A stretch of DNA of 64,000 nucleotides, from contig NC_068998.1 in assembly GCF_001194135.2 (NCBI RefSeq), positions 24,432,336 through 24,496,335 of the forward strand, given 5' to 3'. Shown in pieces: positions 26,258-39,249 of this stretch. Both the position numbers and the translations under genes were made by a program. The notes under the pieces were generated by a model. That model ran no database searches and was not told the origin of the DNA. It saw only the letters and a list, made by a program, of their open reading frames with translations. The stretch is from Octopus bimaculoides (taxonomy: Eukaryota). How positions within the stretch are numbered: the stretch's first letter is position 1; every line of letters begins with the position of its first letter.

Positions 26258-27242
26258 AAAACGTTCCCACAGCAGTTTTTAGAGTTATGGAGCTAATTCA
26301 CAACACCCATTTATTTTTAAGTTTGGGAGATATTTCTGAGAAATATACATTTTTAGGAAATAGAAACAACTGATTAAATCTGTCTACAGCATGCCAAAAT
26401 GGAGAAACTGTCGGAAAACTGCTGATGATGGTCATTATACTGAAGGCTAAAAAAGTGACGATTATGATGATAATGATGAGTTTTAATATATTTGACAACC
26501 ATATTCTTCCTAGGTTTTGATACGGTAGAAAGTATTTTGCAACTCTTTCAAGATAATCATCATTTCTATCTTTTATTAAATTCCAAAGATATCTTCGTTT
26601 TGGTTTCCACATTAAATTCCTATCTTCAAAGGAAAAAGTTTTTGTACTGTAGTTCCTAATATTAGCAGCTGCTTATTTCACTGTGACTATCAGAGATGGT
26701 TTTCTAGCCCACTCACTACTACGTGTAGCATTGATCACTGATACTCACCTATTCAAAGCAGCACTAATGGTTACATAATCTCAACACACATGTATTTGCT
26801 CCAGCTGATGACTTTTACCATTTTTAGACATCCGTATCTTCATCTCATTTCTGATTTAGCATGACAAAAAATATAATATCTATCTATATTGAGAAAGGGA
26901 GCTGATAATACACAGTTTAAATCATGTGAAATCCTGTCCTTTGACAATGAAGGTTATTATTCTGCTTGATCTCTGACTCTAAATGGAAACTAAACAGCAG
27001 TTATCAATTTATTATAAAATGTTTGTTGTTTGCCACAGTTTTCAGATATGAATAACTTTTCTTTAACATTACATTCAATTTGTATATCTTTCTGATACAA
27101 AACAGCTAAGAGGTATAAAATTTGTTTTCTCATAAAATTGCTACTTCATTTTATTATAAGAAATTTGACATTATTTTCAGTATTGAGTCCTACATCTGTA
27201 AATATACTTTTGTTATACTTCAACTTGCTTCAAAAATATATC

Positions 27243-27635
27243 TTTTATCTTTTATCTCTTATTGTTTCAGTCATTGAACTGTGGCCATGCTAGAGTACCA
27301 CCCTGGAAGGTTTTATTTAATCAAATTGACTCCAGTACTTATCTTTTTAAAAGCCCATTGCTTATTCTTTCAGTCTTTTTTGCTAAATCACTAAGTTATG
27401 GAGATGTAAACAAACTAACACTGGTTGTCAAGCGGTGAATTCAAACTCAGGCAATATGTGTGTCTGTGTATATATGGGCTTCTCTTAGTTTCCATCTCCC
27501 AAATCCACTTACAAGATTTTGGTTGGCTTGAAGCTAAGGCAGAAGACACTTGCCCAAAGTGCAAGGCAATGGGATTGAACCTGGAGCCATGTAGTTGGGA
27601 ATCAAACTTCTTACCCACACGGCTATGCCTGTGCC
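27243..27635 (-). mobile_element. SINE family A, older full-length copy
   Basis: Both halves are recognisable on the minus strand. Confidence 0.8.
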
Positions 27636-28276
27636 TTCACTCCTTTCATAAAGCAGAGAACCATTAACAGTTACTGACTCAAATAAAGATGTAGTGTTGC
27701 TGAATTACATTCTAGATGAGACAATAACAGGTTGAATAAGCTGTCAGGTAAAACTTAAAGTCTCAGTCAATACAAGTTTTAATAATTATGTTATCGTAGA
27801 TAACAATATGAATCAAAGAATAACATAATACAAAAGTAGTGTGATTTATTCTCTTGTGTGACCAAAGCCATATTCTTATTATTACACTGCATTCCTAACT
27901 AAGATGCATTAATGTCACTTACTTTAGTCAGACTTGCTAACAAAATATTCCTTTCTACTGCATGGTTACATGGAGAACAGGAGCAAAACTATTTCAGTAA
28001 AATATTGATTTCTGAAGAAAGAGCAAGGTTTTATATTTGATGGATAAGTTATAATGAAGCCACCCACTTTCCACCAGTAACAAATTGAATCTTATTTTAC
28101 CAACTCCTGACAAATGAAAGATAAAGTTGAACCTGGCAAGAATTGAATACAGACTTTAAAGGGATGTAACTAAATGTCATTGAAAAAAATTCTTCGGTGA
28201 TGCTCTCCTGATTCTGTCAATCCAGCCAGTTTATTTTAAATACTAATAATTGCAATAACTGTTTAATGTTTAGATT

Positions 28277-28723
28277 TGTAGCATATCGGGCCACCATCAT
28301 TGGGTAACCCTATCCCGTACAAAACAATTCTCTTCAATGAAAACGAACACACTGGATAAATTGAATAACAGCATAACAAATATTATTTATTATGAGGTGT
28401 TCAGCCTACATCTTGGGTAATGGAATTGCCAGGTCACCCTTTATGGTTGGCGTGCAGACGGTGTCGACACTGGTTTATTAAGTCATTCTTCAGCCTCCGA
28501 AGAAGTTTGCTTGACTCAAAGGTAGAGCTACAGAGCAGCTCTTAGTGGTCCTGTGTCTTCGAAGGTCTAGCACGCTAAGAGGTCCAGAAAAGGTGGGAAC
28601 GCATTGATATGGGCTGACCACGCATTTGCATGAGGGACTTCCTGCATGCCTTCCGGAAGACATGTCCCTGCGCATGCGTGGATGAACTTCCCAAAATGGC
28701 GACTGGTATTAAGCATCACTACA
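28277..28723 (-). mobile_element. Solo LTR (447 bp, probably Gypsy-type)
   Basis: Ends TGTAG...CTACA; 4-bp flanks gatt / gatc; AATAAA on the minus strand at 28386-28391 and 28474-28479; higher GC/CpG than the surroundings. Confidence 0.7.
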
Positions 28724-28949
28724 GATCTGTAAAATACATGTCTGCAGTTTAATGACTGAAACAAGTAAAAGATTAAATATTAAATTTAACATTGGATAAA
28801 GAAATGCTGAATAAGCTGTTATTGAAGTCCTAATGATCTTTGATCGAACATCAGGAACTCGGCTGTCAAATGTCTCATCTAATCTCATCTTTTTTTTGTC
28901 CATTTATTCTTAAGATAATCGGAGGGGCAGAGTTTTCTAGCACACCTTC

Positions 28950-29250
28950 CATTGAGTCCTGTCAGATGCAACTATCTTCAATTGATTTGGATGGATCCTC
29001 AAGTAAGTCTAACCAATCCCATAGATCCAGCCATCCTGATTGTGGTCTACACTTGGGTCTCCTGCTAGTTGGGTTTGACTGTAAAATCTGCCCAGTAGTT
29101 CTTTCCTGAGACCTTCTCATCACATGTCCATAGTAATGGAGCTGTGATTTCTCAATTTGGAGAAGTAACAGCTCTACATGGAGTACCTCTCTGATCTCTG
29201 AGTTACTCACTTTATCAAGTGACATTACTGTCAAAATGTGTCCTTCTTTA
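28950..29250 (-). mobile_element. RTE-clade LINE 3' coding relic
   Basis: ORF 28962-29234: SLDKVSNSEIREVLHVELLLLQIEKSQLHYYGHVMRR..RPKCRPQSGWLD. Confidence 0.85.
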
Positions 29251-29566
29251 TTTAAGATGTTCTTAGAGATTATATGTTCTCATTCTAGAAATTGCCTTTA
29301 TGTAAGTCAATGAAGATACGTCAATATAATTGCTTAAAATAGGCAAATCTCCTTCCAAACTCACTCTCTCTTATTAGAAAAGAAAAGAAAACATCTTGGA
29401 CAAAGTATTGCTAGATATAAAAAAGGACACTATGGCCATGGATGTCTGGAATATCTTTTATTGATAGTCCTGCTCAAGTGAGACTACTATTAGAATTACT
29501 TTCCTTATATCCTTATTTGCTTAATAGTTAAACAAGATTTTACCTCAATAGTTTACCTGCCTTTAT

Positions 29567-30833
29567 CTGTGGGTGGGCTGAAAAGTTCATAGGCTGACTA
29601 TGGAGGAGTGATGCTAGAGCTGCAAAACCTTGCATGCATTAATTTCAGCCTTTATTATTAATAACTACATTGTTTCTTTACAGGTAAACTGACATCTGAC
29701 TGTTCAAAGAAGACTTCAAATCTAACCAGTAACAACTTCCCTTGAAAATGGACAAAACTTGGCATGGTGGTGTTATCAATAACCTCTTGAAAAATATAAT
29801 ATAAACAACATTCATGCTGATATGGTTGCTACATTATTAGATGACACTCCAGCTTTAACTACAGTGCAAAAGTGGGCAGCTGTATTGAGGAGGGGGAAGG
29901 AAGAAGCTTGAAGATGACTCGAGGTCTGGATGTCCTGAAACTTCCACCACTGGGGAAAACATTGATCATGTTCACTACAGGCAATTGATGATAAATCGAA
30001 TAGCTATTAGCATATCCCGTGAAAATGTTGAGAATATTCTGCGCAATGAAGGTAGCATGGCGAATGTTTCTGTTCAGTGAGTTTCATATCTACTGACACC
30101 TGATCAAAAGCGTACCAGGATGATCCCATTATGAGAAAATCTGACGTTGTTTGAGGTAGATCCAGCTCATTTCCTTGTATATTTCCTAACCCAGGATGGG
30201 TATTGGCTTAGAGACAATTCATGTGATGAAAACACCCATCCTCACCTGCTCCAAAGAAGGCCAAGGTCGTTTCACCTGCAGGAAAGGTGATGGCCTCAGT
30301 TTTTGAGGATGAAAAAAGACATTGTATTTATTGACTATCTTCAAAAGGACCACACCAGCAATGGAGAGTATTATGCCAACTTGTTGAGGCAGTTATGAAA
30401 GGCTATCAAGACCAAATACCCAGGAAAACTGAAGAAAGGTATCTTGTTTCATTAGGACACTGTTCCAGTACACAAGTCCTTGATTTCAATGACTGTTGTG
30501 CATGATTGTGGCTTTGAACTGGTTAATCGACCCCTACCCCCACCCACCCACATATTCTCTTAATTTGTCCCCATCTGATTATTATCTGTTCCCCAACTTG
30601 AAGGAACACTTGGCTGAGAACCAGTGTCACAGTGATGATGACATCATAACTGCTGTTGATGACTTTTTTGACCAACAGGATGATAACTTCTTCATTAATG
30701 GGATCCAAGCACTGCAGTATCAATGGATGGAGTGTGTGAACCTCAAGGTAGGCTATACTGAAAAATAAACTTCATTTGGTCATATTCCATGAAAGTAACT
30801 TGATCAGCCTAAGAATTTTTCAGCCAATCCTGG
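29567..30833 (+). mobile_element. Full-length defective mariner (irritans-like); ATG 29748, stop 30768
   Basis: TIRs GGGTGGGCTGAAAAGTTCATAGGCTGA vs reverse complement GGATTGGCTGAAAAATTCTTAGGCTGA, TA flanks. Peptides PAPKKAKVVSPAGKVMASVF, TYSLNLSPSDYYLFPNLKEHL, QWMECVNLKVGYTEK. Confidence 0.92.
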
Positions 30834-32134
30834 TATATCAAAAAAAAAAAAAAAATTCATATTTTTTTCTAGCTCACAGTGAAAATACTCAAAATCAAGA
30901 TAAAACAGTTTCTCAAAGAGATACTAACAAGCAACAGTTCTTTCACAAGTAGTTTCTTGTTTCTATCTCTACTGAAGAAAACAACAAAAAAAAAAGACGG
31001 AAAAAAGAAAGAAAAAATAAGAAAAATAGAGGCATGTGACAGAAGTATATAGTAAATGCAGTAGCTACTTTTCCTCTCTGCTGATCAAAATAAGCTTGAT
31101 TTATAATGTCATTTCAACATATTTTTAATGCAGATTTTCTCCAAGTAGAAATTTTCTTCAGAAAAATAGGACATGCCTAGTTAAAAATGAATAATAAATA
31201 AATAAATAATAAACAAATAAATAAAAAAGAACACATTTTCCTGTGGTGAATAGCTGTTGACTGACTTGTAAGTTTAAATGAAATGTAAAATCACAAAGGA
31301 ATTGTTACTTTTTACTGCTACAGAATATTTTTGAAGTGATGGTTATTTTTATATTTGAAAGAATGTTTCCAACACTTCTTCTGCATCCAGTTGTGCGGAC
31401 ATACACTTTTATGATTATTATGGAAATGAATTAAATCATATAAATTAGTTCAAACATACATGCACTCATGCACACACACACACACACACACATACGTTCA
31501 TGCATACATATTTACACGTGTGTGCTCATACACATGCATACAAACATTTGTAAGCTAATGATTTTTTTTTTTTTTTGTTATTTCTGTATCAGCTTTTTAA
31601 CTGTTGGTAGAATACATTCAATTAAAATTCTAAATTGTTGTAAAACTAATATATTTAAAGTAGTTGTATACTGCCAACTTAACGTGACAGTCCCAATAAG
31701 GGAACATACTACTGCTATTTAGCCCTAGGAAGCTGGAGATTTAGAAATGTATTATTTCTGAGAGATTTAGAACTGTATTATTTCTAATATATTTAATACT
31801 AATGAAACTGTGGCAATCTCGTTTGACAATCCATTACATCAAACATTAGAAAGTTTTGTCCTTGATGATTTTAGTTCAAAACTGAGTTTCCTCATCTCCG
31901 TCCAATGTTGACAAACTATGCCAATAAAGGAACCTCTGCACCACTGCTTAACCTACTAGAATTAGCAGTCAAATTTCACTCTCAAATCACAAAATGTTGA
32001 ATATCTTGGAAATCTAGTCAAAGAATATGCAAACACACATTTCGTAATGTTGTCTTAGACACATATAGTGAAAATATGTGATGGTCATAACTGGAATACC
32101 TTTGACTATAAGTCAATTTAATCAGGGCTGACTT

Positions 32135-32592
32135 AGGTGTGACAATGTGTGGTAAGAAGTTTGATTCCCAGCAACATGGTTCTGGGTTCAGTCCTACTAT
32201 GTAGCACTTAGGGCAAGTGTCTTCTACTATAGCCCTGGGCTACCAGATGCTCGAGAGGATTTGGGAGTTGGAAATGGAAAGAAACCCATTGTACATACAT
32301 ACATGTGTGTTTGTGTGTGTGTGTGTGTGTCTGTCTGTCTGTCTATCTATCCATCCATCCATCCATCCATCTATCTATCTGTCTATCTATCTTATTGAGT
32401 GTCTTAGTGTTTGTCCCTCAGATGACTGCTTGACAACCAGTGTTGGTTTGTTTACATCCCATAACATAGTGGTTCAGCAAAAGGGACCAATAGAATGCTA
32501 CCAGACTTAAATAAGTGTTGAGGTCAATTTGTTCAAGTAAACCCTCCAAGAAGGTGCTACAGCATGACCAGAGTCAAATGACTGGAACTAGT
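32135..32592 (+). mobile_element. SINE family A, older copy with a central (GT)/(CTAT)/(CCAT) microsatellite
   Basis: Both halves are recognisable around the repeat at 32295-32390. Confidence 0.8.
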
Positions 32593-32639
32593 GAAGGGTA
32601 AATTAGTAAGGGAAAGTGTGGTAATGTGCATCACTCTAA

Positions 32640-33190
32640 GAAGCCCTCCCTGGCTGGTGTGACCAATGCCAAGCTCCATATCTCCTAGACAGCAAAATGT
32701 CCATATGTTCTAGTCAAAAAAGAACATATATGCTACAATATAAGCTCCTGTTGAATTAGTCACAGCATATATTTCTCCTCTATGGAGTAGAGACGTGGGC
32801 CCTCTTAAAGACCCTAGCAAAGAGGATCAATAGATTTTGATAGGAGAGCCTGGAGAACCATGGAGAACATCAGATGGTACCATCATGATTACAACAAAGA
32901 ACTCTGTGTGTACTCATCAGCCTACAGTATTCCACCTCATGTCGCATGTGCTGGTACGGACATGTTCTCCATTTCCGGCTAGATCATCTTACCATGACTT
33001 TACTCTCATTCAACATAGCAGCTGCAGGCTGGAAGAGGTTTCATAGCAGACCCTGCACCAGATGGTTAGACATGACTGGAGAAAATCTCCAGGCTCTCAA
33101 CGTCACCTTGGAGGATGCAGAGTAGCTAGCATATGGCCGTCAGCAATGGAGATCACTGCTGGACCTGGTCAGCTCTATGTATGATGATGT
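32640..33190 (+). mobile_element. RTE-clade LINE 3' coding relic
   Basis: LLYGVETWALLKTLAKRINRFDRRAWRTMENIRW..WYGHVL..GWKRFHSRPCTRWLD..QQWRSL. Confidence 0.85.
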
Positions 33191-33350
33191 CTTGGAGACT
33201 GGTAACCTGGTACGACACCAGCCTCATCAAGCATGAAGTAAAGCAATATATTCCTGTATCCTGTTAGCATCATTTACTAGTGACCTAAACATAAGTTTTG
33301 GTCACTACTAGAGGATGACATGGCCATTACCCAATAGCATATTTTATACA

Positions 33351-33785
33351 TTCTCTTTTACTCTTTTACTTGTTTTAGTCATTTGACTGCAGCCATGCTG
33401 GAGCACTGCCTTTAGTCGAGCAAATCGACCCCAGGACTTATTCTTNNNNNNNNNNGCCTTTAGTCGAGCAAATCGACCCCAGGACTTATTCTTTGTAAGC
33501 CTAGTACTTATTCTATCAGCCTCTTTTGCTGAACCGCTAAGTTACAGGGATGTAAACATACCACCATCGGTTGTCAAGCGATGTCGGGAGGGACAAACAC
33601 AGACACACATACATGCATATATACGACAGGCTTCTTTCAGTTTCCGTCTACCAAATCCACTCACAAGGCTTTGGTCAGCCCAAGGCTATAGTAGAAGACA
33701 CTTGCTGAAGGTGCCACGCAGTGGGAATGAACCCAGAACCATGTGGTTGGTAAGCAAGCTACTTACCACACAGCCACTCCTGCGC
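33351..33785 (-). mobile_element. Young full-length SINE family A (contains a 10-N gap with a duplicated 38-bp flank)
   Basis: Head GCGCAGGAGTGGCTGTGTGGTAAG, B-box-like GGGTTCATTCCCAC, tail (AGTAAAAG)n. Confidence 0.92.
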
Positions 33786-34964
33786 GTTTAAAAACTCTCC
33801 ATTCCTTTAAAAAATATCATTATTAGTCAAAGACTATAATATATCTTGTTCTTGCTTAGTCCAAGGTCAGCCTTGGCAGAGCAGTTCCACAATGGAAAAT
33901 GTTTTAGAACTGACCATTATTTCTAGGCATCATGTATGAGGAGGTATTGAGAGATTCCTGGCTTTAAGGATATCATGAAAGGCTTGGTAGGAGGCCCAAC
34001 CTTCCAAGTTCTTTTACAGGGTTAAAAAGAAACTGAAGGACCACTGCAATAAGTGTGTAAATCTGAGAGGGGAATATGTTGAATAAAATCAAATCCGAAT
34101 AAAAACAGTTTCCTTCAGAATGGTTATTTTTTGTTGATGGGATTAATGAATTGAGAAGGCCAATTTTGGTTTTTAAAAAGGTGGGAACTAACTTTACAAT
34201 GAAACATTTGTGGATTTTGTTGCAACTTCAGTTCTTTACATTTTATTTGTAGTTTAGAAATAGATTCTTTCTCCGGTGGTAAGAAATTTAAGAAATAAAA
34301 CCAAGAATGGATATGAATAAAAGAATGAATGAATGCATGTATGGCTACATGCATGCATAGATATATAGTTATATAGCCAGGAAAAATTGGCTAAGGCAGT
34401 GATTCAATTGAACTGGTGTATATATAATAGAATAAAGGTATAAATAAGCAAACATCTGGTACCAGGTCAGATTATGACATTTATATATTTAAACATTGAC
34501 AAAACTTGAGGGTGGAAATGAATGTGACAAGAATTTAGATTACTAAAGGTCAATAAAAGATCTGTTGAGCAATGTTCATAATGGTTGTGATATAGGATGA
34601 TATTTTCCTGGAACAGTTTTGATTCTACAATGGCCAGCTTTATCTACTATCTGATACCATACTTTAGCCTTACAATGCTTGACATAAATCCACCCACCTC
34701 CACCATTTTCACTCAAATAATCCCCTTTTAGTAATGGGGGCTTTTTGCTTTTCTCTTGTTTATTTATTTACATATTTTATTTATTGGCTTGCAAGTTTAT
34801 ATGACAACTTCACTAACACCAGGTGCACAAAAAAGTACCTAGTCACTGTCAAGTGGTTGGTGTTAGGAAGGACATCCAGCCACAGTAATCATGCCAAATA
34901 TGACACTAGAGTTAAAAAGATGAAAGCTTGCTTGTTACAGTTACATACACCACTAAAATACCCT

Positions 34965-35180
34965 GTCCAAAACCATCATTCAGGGCACAGTTGAGATAGG
35001 GTGAAAGAGAGTACAACAGAAAAAATCTTGGTCTGACGACATCAAGGACTGGAGAGGTCATAATACCCAACCCTACTCTACATGACAGAGAACAGAGACG
35101 AGTGGTGATGGCTGACTGTAAAAACATCAAGAGTAGCACCCCCAATACCTGGCTGCATCAGTTAAGGGACCTTGATGATG
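34965..35180 (+). mobile_element. RTE-clade LINE 3' end
   Basis: LSKTIIQGTVEIG*KRVQQKKSWSDDIKDW, followed by a gttaagggaccttgatgatg tail. Confidence 0.75.
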
Positions 35181-35193
35181 TCAGGCAGACAGC

Positions 35194-35239
<46 letters not shown>

Positions 35240-35466
35240 NNNNNNNNNNNNNNNNNNNNNNNNNNNNNNNNNNNNNNNNNNNNNNNNNNNNNNNNNNNNN
35301 NNNNNNNNNNNNNNNNNNNNNNNNNNNNNNNNNNNNNNNNNNNNNNNNNNNNNNNNNNNNNNNNNNNNNNNNNNNNNNNNNNNNNNNNNNNNNNNNNNNN
35401 NNNNNNNNNNNNNNNNNNNNNNNNNNNNNNNNNNNNNNNNNNNNNNNNNNNNNNNNNNNNNNNNNN

Positions 35467-35528
<62 letters not shown>

Positions 35529-36719
35529 TTTTCATTAATGTTGCTTGATTGACACTGTTTGGTCAGTGGTGATACTCATATATAACCTGCAGTTAGTTCA
35601 GCTTTTCAGTTGCAACAGTCAGCAATAAGGAATGTTATCATGAAAGGAAGCCGACCATAGAATATTACTTCAAGGAGTCTCAACCAATCCATACAAGCAA
35701 GGAGAAAGCAATTACTAAAATAATGATGATGATTACTTTATACACAGAATAGAATGTGACTTTCTAAAGGTGACTTTCCAAATTGCATATAATTGTTTCC
35801 ACTATTTAAGAGACCATAAACTTTGATGGAATGGATCTAATTTTGGAGTAACCAGATATTGAATGTAATGTGAGTGTATACTTATTATTCAGTAGATATA
35901 ATCTGCTTAATTTAAGCAGTCTTATGCTTGCAAATGCAATGGATCTAAAACTCAAGTGCACTCTAGATATACAACTCTGATAAGAAATAATTCTCTCAAG
36001 GTTGGTTATGGTGGATACAGTGTGACAGTTAGCAACAATGTGATATGATTCTTAAGAAGGAATTATATTGAATGCACTTGTTTAATAATCTCTTAGTATT
36101 TGTTGCTACTATAGAGCTGTTTTCTCTCAGTCATCTTCACATGATAGTCTTCCACCTTAATAGCAAATATACTGTAAACATTTCTTTGTCAGGTTTATAC
36201 AACCATTTCTTTTACTGAAATCCTATTAAGTATTAATCTGTACATAGGCAGAATAGGACTGCTGATATTTGTCTTATAGGCATAGAAATGTGAATAGTTG
36301 ATGGTATATAAGAACATTCGATGAGAACACAAGCAAGATTCTTCAAATAATAACAGTTTTGGAAGAATATGTTCAAATGTATGTGATACAGGCAATGTAA
36401 TATAGTTCTTAGGAAGAAGTTATATTGAATGTACTTGTCAATTAATCTCTGAGCATTCATCACTTTTAGGGATTAGTTTTCTTTCAGTTATGTTCCCATT
36501 TGAAAAAGAATGTCATGCTTAAAATTCTCATTTTGGATTTAAGTCTCTTACATTTTTAGAGATATTCCTATCCAAAGATTTTCAAATATTAAATAGATAT
36601 ATTAACATCTAGCAACTAGTATCTGGTATATCAAATGCTATGATATTCACAACATCTAGATAGATGTTTATAGTACCATAGATCACGATTATTATTAATA
36701 TCTTTATTACTCATAATTT

Positions 36720-37565
36720 GGGAAATAAATGGAGAATTTCTTTATCTTACTTCCAAAATGTTTAGGCACTTCTTTAGGGAATAATGTAGAAATGTTCAAG
36801 AGTAACAAATGCTGCTTTGATTGTTGAAGGAAATTGATATAAGTTTTGAGCAAAGGGAAGAATGATGTGTATTTTGTATTGTTGCTTGTGGATTTGTTCG
36901 ATTCACAAATATCATAACCACAGGAAGCTGTGGCAAGGCTTAGTGAATATTTTATGAACATGGGCTTTTGCATGTCTTTAAAAGTGTATTTCTTGCATTC
37001 ACATCTTTATTTTGCCTCATGAAAACTTAGTTTCTTTATGGCAAGAAACATGACAGAAGGTTTTATGAAGATGTTGTTACAATAAAGGAAAGGTAATAAG
37101 GCAACTTGGAAGCGTCCATGGTAGTAGACTAGATACAGTATCTGGTATGAAGAGTGCATGAAAGAAATATGTGGTCTTCAAAGCACTTTTAATTTTCGCT
37201 CTGTTCCATATTTTCTGACTTTGTCAAACATTTAATTTGTTAAATACATTTAGTTGGAAATTTTTGAACAAATTAAGGATAAAATTCCAAGTTTGTCAAT
37301 AATTTTGCCTGTCAAATACATTTATTTGAAAAATTCCCAGTAAATTAAGCATGAAATTGATTTATTTTCTATTATCATAGCAATAGAAATAAAAGCAGCG
37401 CATAACTCTAGGTGAATGTTAAATTATGTGAAGACGAAATACAAAGAAAACGAATTCCCCAAAATATCGATGTTTTGCAGAAATTAAAATAGTGTTCTAA
37501 GTTTAGTATCAAAAATACATATGGGTAGCATAAGCCCATAGATGAACAAAACATGTTACCCAGTG
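36720..37565 (+). mobile_element. 3' part of a DNA transposon, probably Chapaev3-type (CMC superfamily)
   Basis: MGFCMSLKVYFLHSHL (36960-37007), KHDRRFYEDV..ER**GN..SMVVD*IQYL, matching the MSLKxHFLHSHL..SDEHGERFHQDI..MLADYCW pattern. Terminus ..TTACCCAGTG at 37565. The family name is from recall, not from a search. Confidence 0.6.
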
Positions 37566-39249
37566 TTATTAATGTATTGTTATGTTATTAATATACTTTG
37601 TTATGGCAAATGTATAATATTATCACTAGGTAATACATTTTTGTTATGAAAAATGGTGTAAGGCTTATTTAGATATCTAGTGGTCTATCTGTATTTTAAA
37701 GTTCTATAGTATTTTCATGTTTTATTAAATTCTTATAAATATCTCCTCATGTATCATTATTATGTCATTTCCTATGCATTTTATCTTAAGAAAGGAGACT
37801 TGAAGAGCAGCAAGTTTACTCTTAATATTGAGTTTAACTTAAGTTGAAGTAGAATATATATTGTATTGCTAAAGAGTAGAATTTAGGATGCCAACAACAC
37901 TGTACTAGTCGGAGAAAAACATGACTTCATAAAGTTAACCACAAAATAATGATAATTGAAAGGATATGCTTTCAAAGCAGTATTCATTTATGTTTGTTTA
38001 TATTTATAGTACTAAATCTTTCAGTCATCTTTGCCTCTCATCCTTCTGGAGTTGATAAAATAATGTAACAGTGCTGGGGGTCAATTTAGTATTTTTACAA
38101 GACATTGCAAATACAAGTAGAATTTCAAAAGAATATTAAAACTATGACCAAATTAATTATTAACACCTTCTTTGAACAATATTAACAATGTGAATAAAAT
38201 GGTTCCTGCTTGGAAGCTGAAATACTTTAAAAATTGTGAATAAGAGCACTTGTTGCTCAGCTCTATTTGACGTGCAATGATTCTTTTCATATGTTTACAA
38301 GCAAGTTATTTTTGAATTAGTTTTCTTACTTTCTAACATAATAAATTCTCAGAGGCTATGCATATAGTCTGTTCAAGATAGATTAATCACATTTCATATA
38401 CCACATTTCTAGATTATGTTCAACTCAAAATCAATAGCAATATTGAATGCTAATGAAAATAATTTTCTACCACAAAATATGATCCAACATATGGTTATTA
38501 AACTAACCAGAATTAGCAGCCATATATAGGTGGGAGTAAAAATCTGCGTTTTTGTTCAAATGCTTTCAGCAGAGTAAATGTCACTTAACTAACCTGAAAT
38601 AGCTTTAAAGCAGGCTACATGCTAAGCCTACTACCCAAGTTTGACCTAATCTCTGAGGAAAAACAATCATTCGTTCTTAACTGGATTTGTACACACAAAC
38701 AGACAGAACTAAATTACTATGGAAAAATTTTCAGTAATACTGCAGTGTATTTTCGACATGCAGAACGTAGTTAAGTGCAGGCTAGCAACTTTAATATAGT
38801 AAACCATAAAACAATCATTAGAATTGATGAGAATTTTGAAAGATAAGATAAGGAAGTAAAGTCTAAAATTCCAATTAATAAACAATGAAATGGTGGAACA
38901 TGCAAGACAGTGAATGTAGCTATTGGTGGTTACAGAATATTAGGCATTAGCTCAGTTCTCTACTATTTCTGCTAGCTTATTGCCTTGGTTTGTTTGTCCT
39001 TATGTCTCTTTTTGCATGTTAACATGAGTTAGGCAGATGTATTACTGAGTCATTGTTTAACAGGTGAATACTTTTCTTTTCTCTAAGCTGTTTTTCAAGT
39101 ATAGTATCTTTTATTCCACATGTCTTTAAAGGTGCAAAGATAGGTTGATCTACTTACAGTAGAAATTTCAACCACATTGGTTGTAGCTCAGTTTGTTGTG
39201 ATTTTCAGAGAAGTACAAATGTAAACAAACATATAATATACAAGCAGGT

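Noticed and set aside
30925-31030. Very strong minus-strand polypyrimidine tract ending in CAG/TAG
   Set aside because: No convincing donor follows; probably just an A-rich tract.
38594-38652. Minus-strand pseudo-exon (TTTTTCCTCAG | 59 nt | GTTAGT)
   Set aside because: Stops in all three frames and only a moderate donor; expected by chance in AT-rich DNA.
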